Source of the DNA: Amphiscolops sp. MND2022 | Lineage: Eukaryota | Assembly: GCA_964187785.1 (NCBI GenBank) | Contig: OZ076413.1 | Span: 46,130,001-46,194,000, forward strand | Length of the DNA stretch: 64,000 nt | Direction: 5' to 3' | Part shown: positions 37,387-49,500 of the stretch, piece by piece | Numbering within the stretch: the first letter of the stretch is position 1 | Layout of the letters: each line of letters starts with the position of its first letter | The notes under the pieces: model-generated | What the model was told of the DNA's origin: nothing | The model's database searches: none | What the model saw: the letters and a program-made list of their open reading frames with translations, nothing else | Made by a program: the position numbers and the translations under genes

Positions 37387-37794
37387 TAAAAGGGACAAGT
37401 GATTTATAAACCAAACGGAATCTACAGAAAGGAATTCCGCTGTAAAGTAAATTAAGAAGAGTAACAAGAGGAAATGAAGGAGACGAACTAGGAAGATGAA
37501 ACGGAAGATTATGCGAAAAGATTGAATCTGCAAAGACTAAAATTTGACTAAATTACTGATTTTGACTGACAACAAGGACATTAGACATCAAGAAAAGTCA
37601 AGGCGCGGCGTAACGTATAAATACGAGGCGAAAAGCAAATGAAACAAGTTTGCGCAAATGTACAAAAGCAATGCTGAAATCTGGTTGGCTAATTAAACGT
37701 CAATCACGTCAGCCAGCGTGATTGATAGACTCATTATAGTTCTGAACGAAAGAATACAATTGGAATTTTCAATGCAGAGCAAATTAGAATGAAT

Positions 37795-37990
37795 CAGTAT
37801 GCGAAACTATGCGGCAGTATGCGGAACTGCAGTGACGATTATGCGGCAGTATGCGGATTTGCAGCGAAGATTATGCAGCAGTATGCGGATCAACTAATGA
37901 TGAGTATGCGGCAGTATGCGGAATTGCAGTAGAGACTATGCGGCAATATGCGGATCGAGTGGTGACGCATACTCGGCATCCTGCGGTTTT
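37795..37990 (+). repeat. TATGCGGCAG array in the internal intergenic region of C
   Basis: Repeated tatgcggcagtatgcgga at ~33-bp spacing. Confidence 0.85.
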
Positions 37991-38803
37991 CGCTCAATGT
38001 TTTCAAAGAGATGAATTAGTAATACCAGCAGCCAGAATTGAACAGATAAAGAAGTATTATGTAATACTATAAAGATAGCTGGACACTCTCAATGGTAAAC
38101 GCGTGTAATATTGTTGATGCTTGATATGCGATACCAGCTCTATGTTGAATTTAGATTATTCGACAAATTTTGGAATGACAATACCTTTTGGAAATATGTG
38201 AATGTGAACAATTGTCAAAACTGGAAACTATATGTTAAATCTTCATCTCAATTGCATTTTTCAATTGATGGACCAAGTTTAATACATGTTTTTTCTCCTC
38301 AAAATTAGTGTCTGACTTAGTCGTGCTATTAAACAAGGGGAGGACATGCTTTATAACTCTTTTCATTATTTCATAAAATTAGTCATCCAGCATTGGATAA
38401 AATTCCCTCCCAACTTTTCAATGAATATCTTCATGGAAATGTTTAATTATTTTGATGTTCAGTTGAATTTTGTTTACTTATTATTTAGTTGTCTAGAAAT
38501 TGATGGAAGCTTTAGTGATAAGCGGCAGATCGTTGATGTGTTAGGTGAAACCCCTTTTATGGAAATTGTTTATGAGCTTTTGTGAGTGAGCCTTATGACA
38601 TGATTCCTAACAGAGCCCTTATAAGGGGAAAGGAGAATCCAAAAAGCATGACTCTCACTTTTTCCGCGGGTTTTGTCAAGAACAAAAGGGCGAAGAAAAT
38701 CAACCATCATATGATCTTAATCAACTTAAAATTCAGCTGCTTTTCAAAAACTGAAAACCTGGTACTAATTTTCTCATTATTTTCAACTTGGACATTCTGA
38801 AAA

Positions 38804-39825
38804 ATGAACAAACTCCAGTTCAATTTCGATGAGGATAGCCTGTACTCTCCTTTATCTCCTGAAGTAATTGATATCTCCAGCGGGTCAGATGAAACCTTCT
38901 CAATTGCCCCAAGAAACGTATCACAACTAGGGGAGAAATTTAGAGTAAACCCCGCAGGGAGCAACCTGATGTCAGCGTTAGTTGGATCCTCGTTAGCGAC
39001 CCTATTTCCCAGTCCAACAGTACCAGTGGAGCGTAGTGAAGCTGCGAGTGTGGAAGGAACCCAAACAGAGAGAGACCTTATAGAGTTAATGGACGACGTT
39101 CAAGACGACACTACGTACTCTCCATCGTCGTTCATTGACAGCGAATTTGAAGAGGCAAACCTGTTCTCGTGGACAGAAAACAGGAACGCAGCCCAAAATA
39201 CGAACAGTTATGGTCGACCATGTGCCAGAGTGTTGCCAGTTGTGCAAGAGGACCAGAGTAGTGAAGGAATCTTGCCAACCCCAATGGTTAAACAAGAGCC
39301 CAGCCGAGAATATGACCACACAACTATGCATGGTACGCTCATAAATGATCCTATGGAGTACGAACCACATAACAATGTGATCCAGTCACAACAACTAATC
39401 TCGGGGAACATGCAGGGGTTCAACTTGTCCCCCATGTTATTCCCGATCCCGATGGGGGAGACGACCCAGGAGATCCACCATTTGTCATGCAACAACCCAT
39501 GCAGCTGGGATTCCCTTTCGACACAGTACACAGCTCAAATGTCCTGTTGATGTCAGCTGGAGAAAGGCAGGGCATGAGACTACTACCAACGGTCATGCCA
39601 AATGTCGCAGGATATTGTGATTTCTGCGGCAAATGTTTTGACCAAATAGCATTAGAAACTCTTGGACAATATCTGGTCGCCACAGAATACGACGGCGAAA
39701 CCGTCAAGGAGAGGACCATCAGGTCGAAAACCTTTATTCACGGATTTGAAGCAGCCTTGTTCCTTTTCAAAAATGCAGGACTGTCGCATCCACCGAGATG
39801 CGATGGTTCCGCAGTGCAACTTTAG
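38804..39825 (+). pseudogene. Accessory ORF-X of C (one frameshift near 39480), ending in U3
   Basis: ORFs 38804-39550 and 39487-39825 together align with the single ORF 44893-45846 of D (AATLFP, LIELMD, PTVMPNVAG.C..CGK). Confidence 0.8.
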
Positions 39826-41304
39826 AAAGGAACAAGTAATGGTATTTCCTGAATAAACTCTCTCGAACTCATATGAAACCATTATAAATATGTTTCTTGC
39901 GCATTGTTTTCTTTAGAAAGTCATGTAAATGTAATATTTATAATCTGTTTGCCATGAAAGAACTTTCATTATCGCGCTATCGAACCCTGATTTCTTCATT
40001 AAGAGCCCCTATTTTAATTACACAATGAGTTATCTTGCCGCCCAATTATATATTCTACAAGTTCTGAGACATCTAAACCCATCATCATGGTAATTGTATC
40101 TCGGCATAGTACTGCTATACGGTATTATGCGGATCGAGGTGCGACGCATACTCGTCACTATGCAGTTTTGATAATACCATTATGCGGCATTATGCGTCTT
40201 GAGGTGAAACGTATATACGGCATTATACGTTTTTCATGATAACACTATGCGGCATCCTGCGGATCGATTAGAAACGCATATTCGCTATTATGCGTTTCTC
40301 GCAGGACTTCTCTAATGTTTCCAGGACGCGCTCTAATGTTGCTTAGAATGTATTTTAGTCACATTCAGAAGTTATTTTAAGATGTTTCCAGGGTTCTCTC
40401 AGTTTCTTCTCCACAATCATTTCCCATGATGTCTTGTAAATGTGCTATTTTTATAATATGATGTCACTTGACGCAATTCTATTTTTGTGCTGATTCTTCA
40501 CGATGACTCTAGTGAAAAAGAGTGTCATGATTTTTGGATATGTTTCGTTTTGTAATAAAATTGGGAGAATTCATTCCATAATTGACTCTTAACAAAAGCA
40601 GTTGCTTTCATACAATTGTAAACCTTCCGATTTCATCACTGTAAACTTGGCAATCTTGTTCTCTTTTGAGATACTAAAACTAATTCAAATTCTTCCCCAA
40701 AAGCCAGAAAACATTTTCACTCGAGACAAAATGGGTAATAGACGAAATAGACGTTCTAGGAGACTAGAAACCATTTCCCCAGAGCGAAGTACAACCCAAG
40801 TGGAAACACCAAACACAGGTAATATAACTTTAACTAATCCTGATACTGTTGTTCAAGAAAATTTAGGTGAGGACAACTCAGAAGGACAATTAGTCGAGCC
40901 TAGTCAGATTGGGACTGAGATTCAAGCTTGGACCCAAATATTCGAACAAAGAAACAATGATAGAATAGAGAAAATGAGAGAAGAAATGGATAACAAACTT
41001 GAAACTTTTCTCAGAGAGATAAAATCAAATAAAAGCGTATCACTAGTAACAAATCCATGGTCAGAAAATGCTGAAATGCAAAACATACAACCTACGGGAT
41101 CCAAAGGAAACAAGTCTATAGGGGTACACGCATCTAACAACGAAAATTCAGAAACTGAAGACGAAGATTTTCCCCTTAGAGCATCTAAAATGAAGGATCT
41201 AAAACATCCTGCAAAACCCTTGTTTCAAACTGAGACAGATGCAGACGTAACTATGCACTCGGACGGTGAAACGAATTCAGAATCTGAACAAGAGGATTAT
41301 CACA
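39782..41304 (+). repeat. 3' LTR of C (1523 bp)
   Basis: TGTCGCATCC...GATTATCACA, followed by non-PBS flank. Confidence 0.9.
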
Positions 41305-41456
41305 TCCATCATCAGAAACAGGGAATTTGCCAATTGGTCCACGTCATTACGTGGGACACTGAATGCACTTTTCCGAAAAGTCTGTCAATACAACTTGTAA
41401 AAACTAACTGGAAATTATTGTGTCTTTCCGTCGATATTTTTTTCCAATCCACATGA
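40731..41456 (+). CDS. LTR-encoded Gag N-terminus (191 codons) fused to 50 flank-derived codons
   Basis: Open from MGNRR to EQEDYH, then continues into flanking DNA. Confidence 0.55.
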   Translation: MGNRRNRRSRRLETISPERSTTQVETPNTGNITLTNPDTVVQENLGEDNSEGQLVEPSQIGTEIQAWTQIFEQRNNDRIEKMREEMDNKLETFLREIKSNKSVSLVTNPWSENAEMQNIQPTGSKGNKSIGVHASNNENSETEDEDFPLRASKMKDLKHPAKPLFQTETDADVTMHSDGETNSESEQEDYHIHHQKQGICQLVHVITWDTECTFPKSLSIQLVKTNWKLLCLSVDIFFQST

Positions 41457-43259
41457 ACTGAAAAAATACTTTGGAAAAATCTATTTGGATTAACGAACTA
41501 AACTTAATGAACACACTTTTTTTGATATGAACGAAGTATTGCGCTACATCCGCATTTATGAAAAAATTACCGCAATGTGGTGCGCTATTTCAAAATTTTG
41601 ACGTTATATCCGAACTAAATTACGTTTTACTAAGGACGAGGCCTGTGTTTAGAAAACGCTTCGGATTGTCTCAGGTCGCTTTATCTGAGGTTATGAAGTT
41701 ACACCAGAAGTAAATTTCGTTTTACTGCGGAGGAGGCAGAGGTTCAAAAATATGCGCATAAGCCAAACTTTTGTCGTTGAATCCGAAGTAAATTGCGTTT
41801 TACTAGCAAAGAGGAGGAGGTTCAAATCGTATCTGTTCCAATGGTTCGATTCCCTTGTGTCGCTACGTCCGAGCTTTCGACGTTTATCCGAACTATTTGA
41901 TACATCTAGTGACAACCAAGAAAAAAGGTCCCCTCTGAGACCTTGGTACTGTAACATCACGATATATATGCCACAAAAAAGGATTTTGTGATCCAGTGTA
42001 ATGGGTTTTTTTCGGAAAACGAGAGCGAACCATATTCTAGTGAACCAGTGCATCGTGTTCATCGCTTCTTGTGATGCTCAGTGTTATCAGAAATTGCGGA
42101 TTGTGATCATTGAGCTTGATTAGAGAAAAATGGCAAGCAGTAAAGAATTTTTAATCTGCAATCCATCACGTGAATGAAGTGTAAAATAGTCAATCTGTGA
42201 ATCGAATTCGGTTTTTGAGTACTTAGAAATTTCATTCGTTTTAATCGGGGAAGGTAGTCAAAGTTTGACTACTTTAGACCAAATAAACAAAACTTCCTAA
42301 TGCTTTCTTATTTCAATAAAATGCTTCACAGTGTAATTGCAGTCGTTAATTAGTTTGACTGTTTTACACTGATCAATTTGACTGGTTCACACTAATCTGA
42401 CTGATTCAATTAAGTACATTTGGCTGCTTTACACTTAATTGACTAATTCACATATTTAGGTTTGATCGCTTTACACTTCTTTGACTGTTTTACACCAATA
42501 TAACTGATTTCCACCATACACTATATTATCATATTTCCAGAAATTAAAGGTTTTGTATGTTTTATAAAAATTGTATTACGTGTTCCTTTTATATACATAT
42601 TACGTGTATTGATTGTGAATAACTAATTAAGTTTATGTTGGAAAAAAACAATAATTGTTCATAATATGTCAAATCAGATTTTGAGAGTGTATTCAAAACA
42701 GAATACTTAATGTTTGATTTACTTTGCTCCTTTATAGCCTTGAGCCCCAACTTTCGCCGTTCCCGGCTTGTTTCATTTGAATAGAATGTCTTTCTTGAAC
42801 TTTTTTGAAAATTTGATTAGAAAAAAAACATCAAAAAAATATTACAAAATTTTAAGTATTAGGGTATTTTTGATTTTTGTCATTCCGTGGAACGCATTGT
42901 GCATTTTCATGAAAATGCTTTTCGTAACAAACAATGTCTCCAGCAAACTTCGTACCATTGATTCATATCTCTAACTTTTGCCATTAAAACTCTTCATGAA
43001 AACTCAGGAAATTCCCCTTCTGGAAAAGGGGTTTTTATTGCCCGAAAAGTCACTAGCTGACGACTCAATTTCAATCATGAGATTAAACAATAGTTTCCGA
43101 GAAAGATATAAAAAGACCCTGGCGTCATCCATCGATAAATGCGAGCTACATATAAGTTTTTCAACCGATAAAATGATATCAGCCAGTGCAGTTCGAAAAA
43201 CTTGTAAAACATATATCTTAAACAACAAGGCCGTCATTAAGACATTATAACTCAGAGTC

Positions 43260-43620
43260 AACAAGCCGGGACCGGCCCAAGTCGGCGCCATATCTAAGGC
43301 TCAAAAATAGCAAAAGGACTTCAAAATGTCAAAGTATTGGTGCATTTGGAACCTTTTATGATTTAAAAAAGTTTTGAAAAAAAGTCTCAAAATGCCGAAA
43401 AATCTAAAGGGGGACCCTTGGGTCTCGTCCGGTATTGTATGTCACGCGGGAAACTTTTTGGTTCAGTTCCTTGGACCAGCAAGTACAATTTGGCGTCTTC
43501 TCAAAATTTTGTAGAACTTTCAGTAAAACTTTTTTAGTCACTTCAGGTGGTCTTAAAAAACACTGACGAAAAGCCATGACTATAGCCGACTCTTTTTTTC
43601 AAGAAAAGCGCCGACTAAAA
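43260..43620 (-). mobile_element. Short Helentron-type non-autonomous element (HINE)
   Basis: Subterminal IRs AGTCGGCGC / GCGCCGACT, 3' stem-loop GCCGG-TC-CCGGC, T-rich ends. Confidence 0.6.
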
Positions 43621-43791
43621 ACATATGCAACGGAAAATAGTGGAGGACTTTTGTGGATTTGAAAAACATTGCATTTCAAATGGTTGTCGTTCTCGGTTGA
43701 AATTTAATATTCGAGTATTGGAATGGCGGCCACAAGTTGATTTATTACATTCAAAATTACTCAAAAAGTATCGTTGTACCGGAGAACCAAC

Positions 43792-44936
43792 TGTAATAAT
43801 CCTCTTCATCGGATTCTTCGTTTGAGAGTATAGTTACGTCTACGTTCGATTCATTTTGGAATAATGGTTCGGCAGGATGTTTCAAGTCTCTCGTTTTTCG
43901 AGGCTCTAAGAGGATAATCGTCATTTTCACAGTCTGAGTTTTCGTTGTTAGATGCGTGAACTCCTATTTTGTTTGGACTTATTTGTTTTGGATCCCGACG
44001 ACTGTGGAATTTGAAGTTCATTGATTTCTGACCTTGGATTTGTAACTGTTGATGCACTTTTGTTAGACTTTATTTCCTTTAGGATTGTTTCTAGCTTATT
44101 CTGCTCTTCCTCTCTCATCTTTTCAATCCTGTCATTGTTCTTTTGCTCCATGATCTGGTTCCAAACTTGATTTTCATTACTTATCTGACTTAGTTCAGTT
44201 AGTTGATTTTCTGTGTTGTTTGCACCTAAACCTTCTCGAACTACGGTATTGAAATTGGTTAAGGTTTCAGTATCTGCCTTGGGCGTTTCTACCTGAGTTA
44301 TTTCTACTTCTCTATCTGGGGATGGAGTTTTCAATCTTCTAGAACGTCTATTACGTCTATTTCCCATATTGCCTCAAGTGTAAAATGGTTTCTGGCTTTT
44401 AGGTAAGAATTTGAAATATCTTGTTTATTCAAAAAGAACAAGATTTGATGGTATAACAATGTTACCAAAGGTTTACAGATGAACGGGAAAAGTAACTGCA
44501 CTTGTTGACGATTGAGATTTGAATGATCTCCCTCCTCAGTCTCCCTCCTTCCGCAGGTTGCCGCATAGCATTGCCAGCAAAAGCGCACAGTGACGAGTAT
44601 ACGTCACTCCTCGATCCGCATGGTACCGCATAGTGGTACCATGCTAAGATACAGGTTACTTTATGGGGACAATTCCAAATGTAATAAAACTTCGAAAGCA
44701 AAGTTTTTAGGGTTCAATAGCACATCAGGGAGGGTTTCATTTAGAGCAAACAATACTTAAATATTATATTTACATGATTTCTTGAGAAAACCAACGAAAA
44801 ACATAGTGAACATGTTAGCACTTCAGTTTAAAATTCTAGTTCACATCTTGGCTTTTGAAGTTTGTTGTGGCTGTTGACTTGTTTGGCTTTGATCACTGAT
44901 GCGCCACGTCTCCCACGCAAATCCTGGGTTGCGACA
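43792..44936 (-). repeat. 3' LTR of D (~290-bp internal deletion)
   Basis: TGTCGCAACCCAGGA...GATTATTACA; carries a decayed Gag N-terminus (ATG at 44367). Confidence 0.88.
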
Positions 44937-45846
44937 GTCCTGCATTCTTGAAGACAAATAGGGCATTCTCAAACTCATCGATGAACGCTCGGGACCACAC
45001 ATTCCGGTCCCTAACGGTCTCAGCGTCGTACGCCCTCGCTAGAAGATACTCTCCTAAGATCTCCAGACCAATCTGATTGTAAGTTTTACCGCACAAAATG
45101 CAGAATCCGGCAACATTTGGCATAACGGTGGGTGACAATCTGTACAAATTCCTCTCGCTCGCTGGAAGTAAGAGCACACTCGTACTGTGAGAAGTTTGTA
45201 CTGAAAACACTTGCTGAGACAGTGGCTGAACCGGATGGCCACCTTGAACTGTTGCAAAATTTGGCATAATTGGCGGGATCTGAATCATCAGCGGCGCGGG
45301 GTTAGTGAAATTGACCGTTGGCATGTTTGGATTGGTGATCGTTGGTCCATATTGGGTATTGATGTATCTGTTGCTGAAATTGTCCAATTCTGTTTCTTGC
45401 ATGTTTTCTCCTATCAAATTAAAATTACTCGATCGTGATGAAAAACCAGGTGGATAGGTAGGCAATGGACGTGAAACTAGAACCCTCCCCCTGCTTCTTC
45501 CTCTTGGGGTCGGCAAGATTGCTGTAGAGGGCCTACAGTAGCTGTTGAGTGAGAAGCTATTCTCCATATCTAGGTCGTCGGGCGATTCTGGAGACTCTTC
45601 AAATTCGGTATCGAGAAATGATGTTGAGGAGATCAATGGATTACTTTGATGTTCGTCCATTAGCTCGATCAATTGCCTCTCAATCTGGGATCCCAAAGTG
45701 TCAGTGACGTCTTGCGGTTGGTGAGGAAGCGAGTGGGGCGGGAAAAGTGTAGCTGCTGCCGCTCCTACGAAGGCTGACATGGCGTCCGTCTCTTCTCGTT
45801 TCTCGTCCAATTTCTCGTCCAATTCTTGCACATCTCCTTGTTCCAC
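44893..45846 (-). CDS. Accessory ORF-X of D (start uncertain), ending in U3
   Basis: 317-codon open frame with CILCGK...FKNAGLSQPRICVG, homologous to ORF-X of C and B. Confidence 0.75.
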   Translation of the reverse strand: MEQGDVQELDEKLDEKREETDAMSAFVGAAAATLFPPHSLPHQPQDVTDTLGSQIERQLIELMDEHQSNPLISSTSFLDTEFEESPESPDDLDMENSFSLNSYCRPSTAILPTPRGRSRGRVLVSRPLPTYPPGFSSRSSNFNLIGENMQETELDNFSNRYINTQYGPTITNPNMPTVNFTNPAPLMIQIPPIMPNFATVQGGHPVQPLSQQVFSVQTSHSTSVLLLPASERNLYRLSPTVMPNVAGFCILCGKTYNQIGLEILGEYLLARAYDAETVRDRNVWSRAFIDEFENALFVFKNAGLSQPRICVGDVAHQ

Positions 45847-46554
45847 TATGAATTCTTTGTAGGTTACTATCTTCGTCTTCAGGTAAAGGTAGGATTTTCA
45901 GTAGTGTGGATTGTTTCACAAAAATTCTTGTGATAAGAGAATCAACTGATTTTTGATTGAATTAAAGACCACATGGTGATGAAGTGTCCTTTTCCTTTCG
46001 TCTTTGGTGGGTACCCGCGGAAAAAATGAGTGTCATTATTTTTGATTTCCTCATCACCCTTATAAGGGTTTTGTGGGGACTTATGTCACGAGTTCCAATC
46101 ACAATAAATTGTAAGCAATTCCCATAAATGGTGTTTCATAAGGCACTTCAATGATTTTCAATTTATACTTTTGTTTCACAGCATTTCACCGATATGCAAA
46201 TGATACGTAAACAAGTTTAACCTAACTTCGATTTAACAAAATGGAATTTTAATTTCCGAAACTTTACATCGAAAGAATGTACTTATTCAAAATTACATGA
46301 CTGAATTAAGGAAAAGCCAAAATATCAAGAAAAATTTCATCTTAAAAACTAAATCAGTTTCATCCAACTTTCAGTTCTTTGATTTGCTTCCGTCCTGCAT
46401 ATCAAAAACGCATAGGACTGCTATAAACTAACAAATGATTTCATCAAGTTAACTAGGTTCTCAATAAAATAGAACGCACACATACACATCATACCAACAA
46501 TATCACATGTTTTTGTAATGATGAATACGTAGTTGCTTCAGTTCTATTGCATAA

Positions 46555-49500
46555 TGAAGCTCCATCACTAAGAACGGAACAGTCAGGGAAACGGAGGTCC
46601 CGCAAGAATCAAACCCCGCATCATCGTGGTGGTGGTAGAGATTACAACCCATCCTTTTGGTCAGATCCAGGTGAGCTCAACTTTTTGTCTGGTTCAGTTT
46701 GATTTGTTTTGGTTGAAGAGTTTTGATTTTTCCCGCAAAGCTGGCCAGGCTTGAGAGAGAGAGTGTTCTATGTATTCATTAGGTCAGTTTCGGAATTTTT
46801 CCGAAACGTCTCCGTTTTTAATTTCTAAGCGGTTTCCGTTCCTTTCTTTTCCTGTCACCGTGTCCGGTTCCGGTTATTTCAGAACGGATTTAGCTCTCAT
46901 TTGAACCATCTATCACTTTTCAGCAATGGATTCTTTGTTTTAGTCGAGCCTGGAATCAGTGATTTGTCTCCAACACATTCACCTGCAAAGAGTTACACTC
47001 CTTTACACTCTTCGTCTCCCAACACAATCACTACTTTGCTGTGCAGGAATCTCCAGTTGTTACTCCGTTACAAATTGACGAAGGGATTGCCGTTGTGACT
47101 GAGCCAGAGCCCCCGTTTCCTACCACCTCGTTATCTGCTTTGAGGGACGCTCAAAAATCCGACGGGGAGGGAGAGACATCTACCGAACGAGTCAACCTAA
47201 ACTTAAACGAGAAACCTACTGAGGCAATGGAGGTTTCAGTACCTGACGTAGGACGGGAGTTTTTGGAAGAATTTATATCTACCGAGACAAGCCATGTTAT
47301 TTCCCCGCAATTTAGTCAGTTTGTCCCACCAACCGCCCACAGTGACCTGGGTCAGCTTATAGGCACCGAACAGTACATTCATCCAGATATTAGCAGATGG
47401 ACATTCAACCTGATGAGCAAATAGCGATCCATACCACTAGCTTCTGGATTTACTCGGGCTAGCATCAACATTACCAGGCGAGAAGTTCTAACGCTAACTA
47501 GTGTATTGGAACGAATCCCTCAAGAACATGTGATGAACAGTTATGATCACCCGCTGACACTAACGGTCGTTGATGAGGTGAATCCTCCTCCATTGACAGC
47601 TACATCGAGTCAGGAGGGAATTGGGACAAGTGCACCAACCGACATAGTCTCTCGTGATTTTCAGGAAGAGGGTTCAACTAGGAGAGGAAAGCGGCGGAGA
47701 CCCAAATACTTTTGACTAGTGCAATGCTCAAAAAACATCCCGTATTAAAGTTCTCGGCAACAGGACCCTTAGACAAGGTCGAGACCCCCACAAATGGTGT
47801 TGTAGAGTATGCAAAGTCGAGCTGTCCCTTATGAGCCGGGGAATCTTAGAATTGGTGTCACATTATTGGTCTGAGTCTCATCTGATAAAAGAACCCAGAA
47901 TAAGAATGGAGATACCTGGATTGGCTCTATATGACAAGGAAGAACGAGAGATTTTGGGAGTGTCACTCCAGGATACTAAGAAAAAAAGCCTAAGACACGT
48001 ACCCCATTGCCCCCCAATTGGATGTTTGCAGACCACTCGTGGGACAAAATACCGTGCCCGATATTAGTGCAATAACATGCCCTACCGAGAAAATTTTGTC
48101 CCAAATCAATATCCTTGAGCATGGATTACGATATGGAGGGTATATCAATAGTATAACTGGCACTTATGATGAGCTCGCTCGGATAGCCACTAGTAGCCAT
48201 ATGAGTTCACGAAACTGGAGTCCACAACGACTTTTCATTAGTAATTTACTGTTGTTTTGATAATTATTGACTATGTTAGGGTTCTAGTATTTTCCTTTCT
48301 TTCTGCTTCTTGCGTAGGTTTTATAGTCTTGGTCTTCTGCACTTAAGTCGTAAAAATTACTAACTTTGTTTGTTTTACAGGGAATCCTCGTGCAAACGTT
48401 CCGAGAATTAATCAGTTACTGCATCACTGCAATCTCCCCCTCAGGGTTTTACTCCCTTGCACTCCAACAGACACCCACGGCTTCTTTTCTTATTCTCAGT
48501 TTCTGGTCTGAGAATGTGTTTCATCGAATCTGCCTGGGTAGTGCCCTCCGTGGAATGCTGCTTCCTAGAAAGGTTCTCAGCCTTGTGTCATCGTTTCTCA
48601 GCCTCTTTGATGTCGTAGCCTCTTGCTTGGACCTAGTTAACCTAGGCGACAAGTTGGGAGACTTCCTTTCTACTTGCCTTCCAGGAAAACAGCCACCTAC
48701 AGTCCTTCGCCCATTTGGGCCTGAGGAGTTTGAAAAAAGCCTCGCTCTGCCGACCTCGCAGATCATAGAACGTCTTGATTACAGAAACATTTTGGATTTC
48801 CTGTTGATAAAGCTACGAACGGCGCTTGAGAAGGACTGGTTGCAAATTATTCCTTCACTGTACAAAATAAATTTTTTACTTGTGAGTTATTCAGAGACTC
48901 TAGTTTTTCTTGTTTAATTTTGTGGTTTTGTTTTAGTGCGTAATCCGTTTGGAGTATTCCCTCGAAGATGCTTCCGCCATCATAGAGAGTCTTTCCAACA
49001 ACTGGGACCATGTTCGTGACCATCTAAACCAAGTCGCACGGCTCTCCGCCTATAGGTTTCACATGCGCGAGGTTATTTTCCTTCTTTTCATTGCCTTCCT
49101 AAATTGTAAAATGATATTTGCCTTTCCTTACATCATTTCTGCATTTCAACCGAATACTTTGGATGAAAGTTTCTGCCTTGATACGGCATATCTAGTCCGC
49201 CTCGTTGTGATCCGATGTGTCCTCGACCACTGTTAGCTGTTCAACATTCTATTTTGATGTACGCGCAGGTAGCATTAAATTTCAGTGTGTTACCACTTTA
49301 GTTAGCTTATTTCTAGCTCTGTAACATATTCACCGCTTTCTCTTTGAGTTCTATGAACGCCACTGAAAAATCCGTGTGATGCCGTATAATCATGACACTT
49401 CAATCCGCATAGTGCCGCATAGTTGATCAGTTTCTCCGCATAGTGACGCATAGTCGTCACACCTTGTTCCGCATAGTGACGTATAGTAGGCGCACCTTGT

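Larger units (their letters stand above)
25484..41304 (+). mobile_element. Ty3/Gypsy LTR retrotransposon C (~15.8 kb) with accessory region
   Basis: LTRs 25484-26782 (internally deleted) and 39782-41304 (TGTCGCA...TATCACA); PBS 26783-26794; gag, pol, antisense gene and ORF-X. No TSD because internal sequence precedes the 5' LTR. Confidence 0.92.

Noticed and set aside
42350..42510. Degenerate TTGACTGTTTTACAC repeats
   Set aside because: Too decayed to assign; ordinary minisatellite relic.
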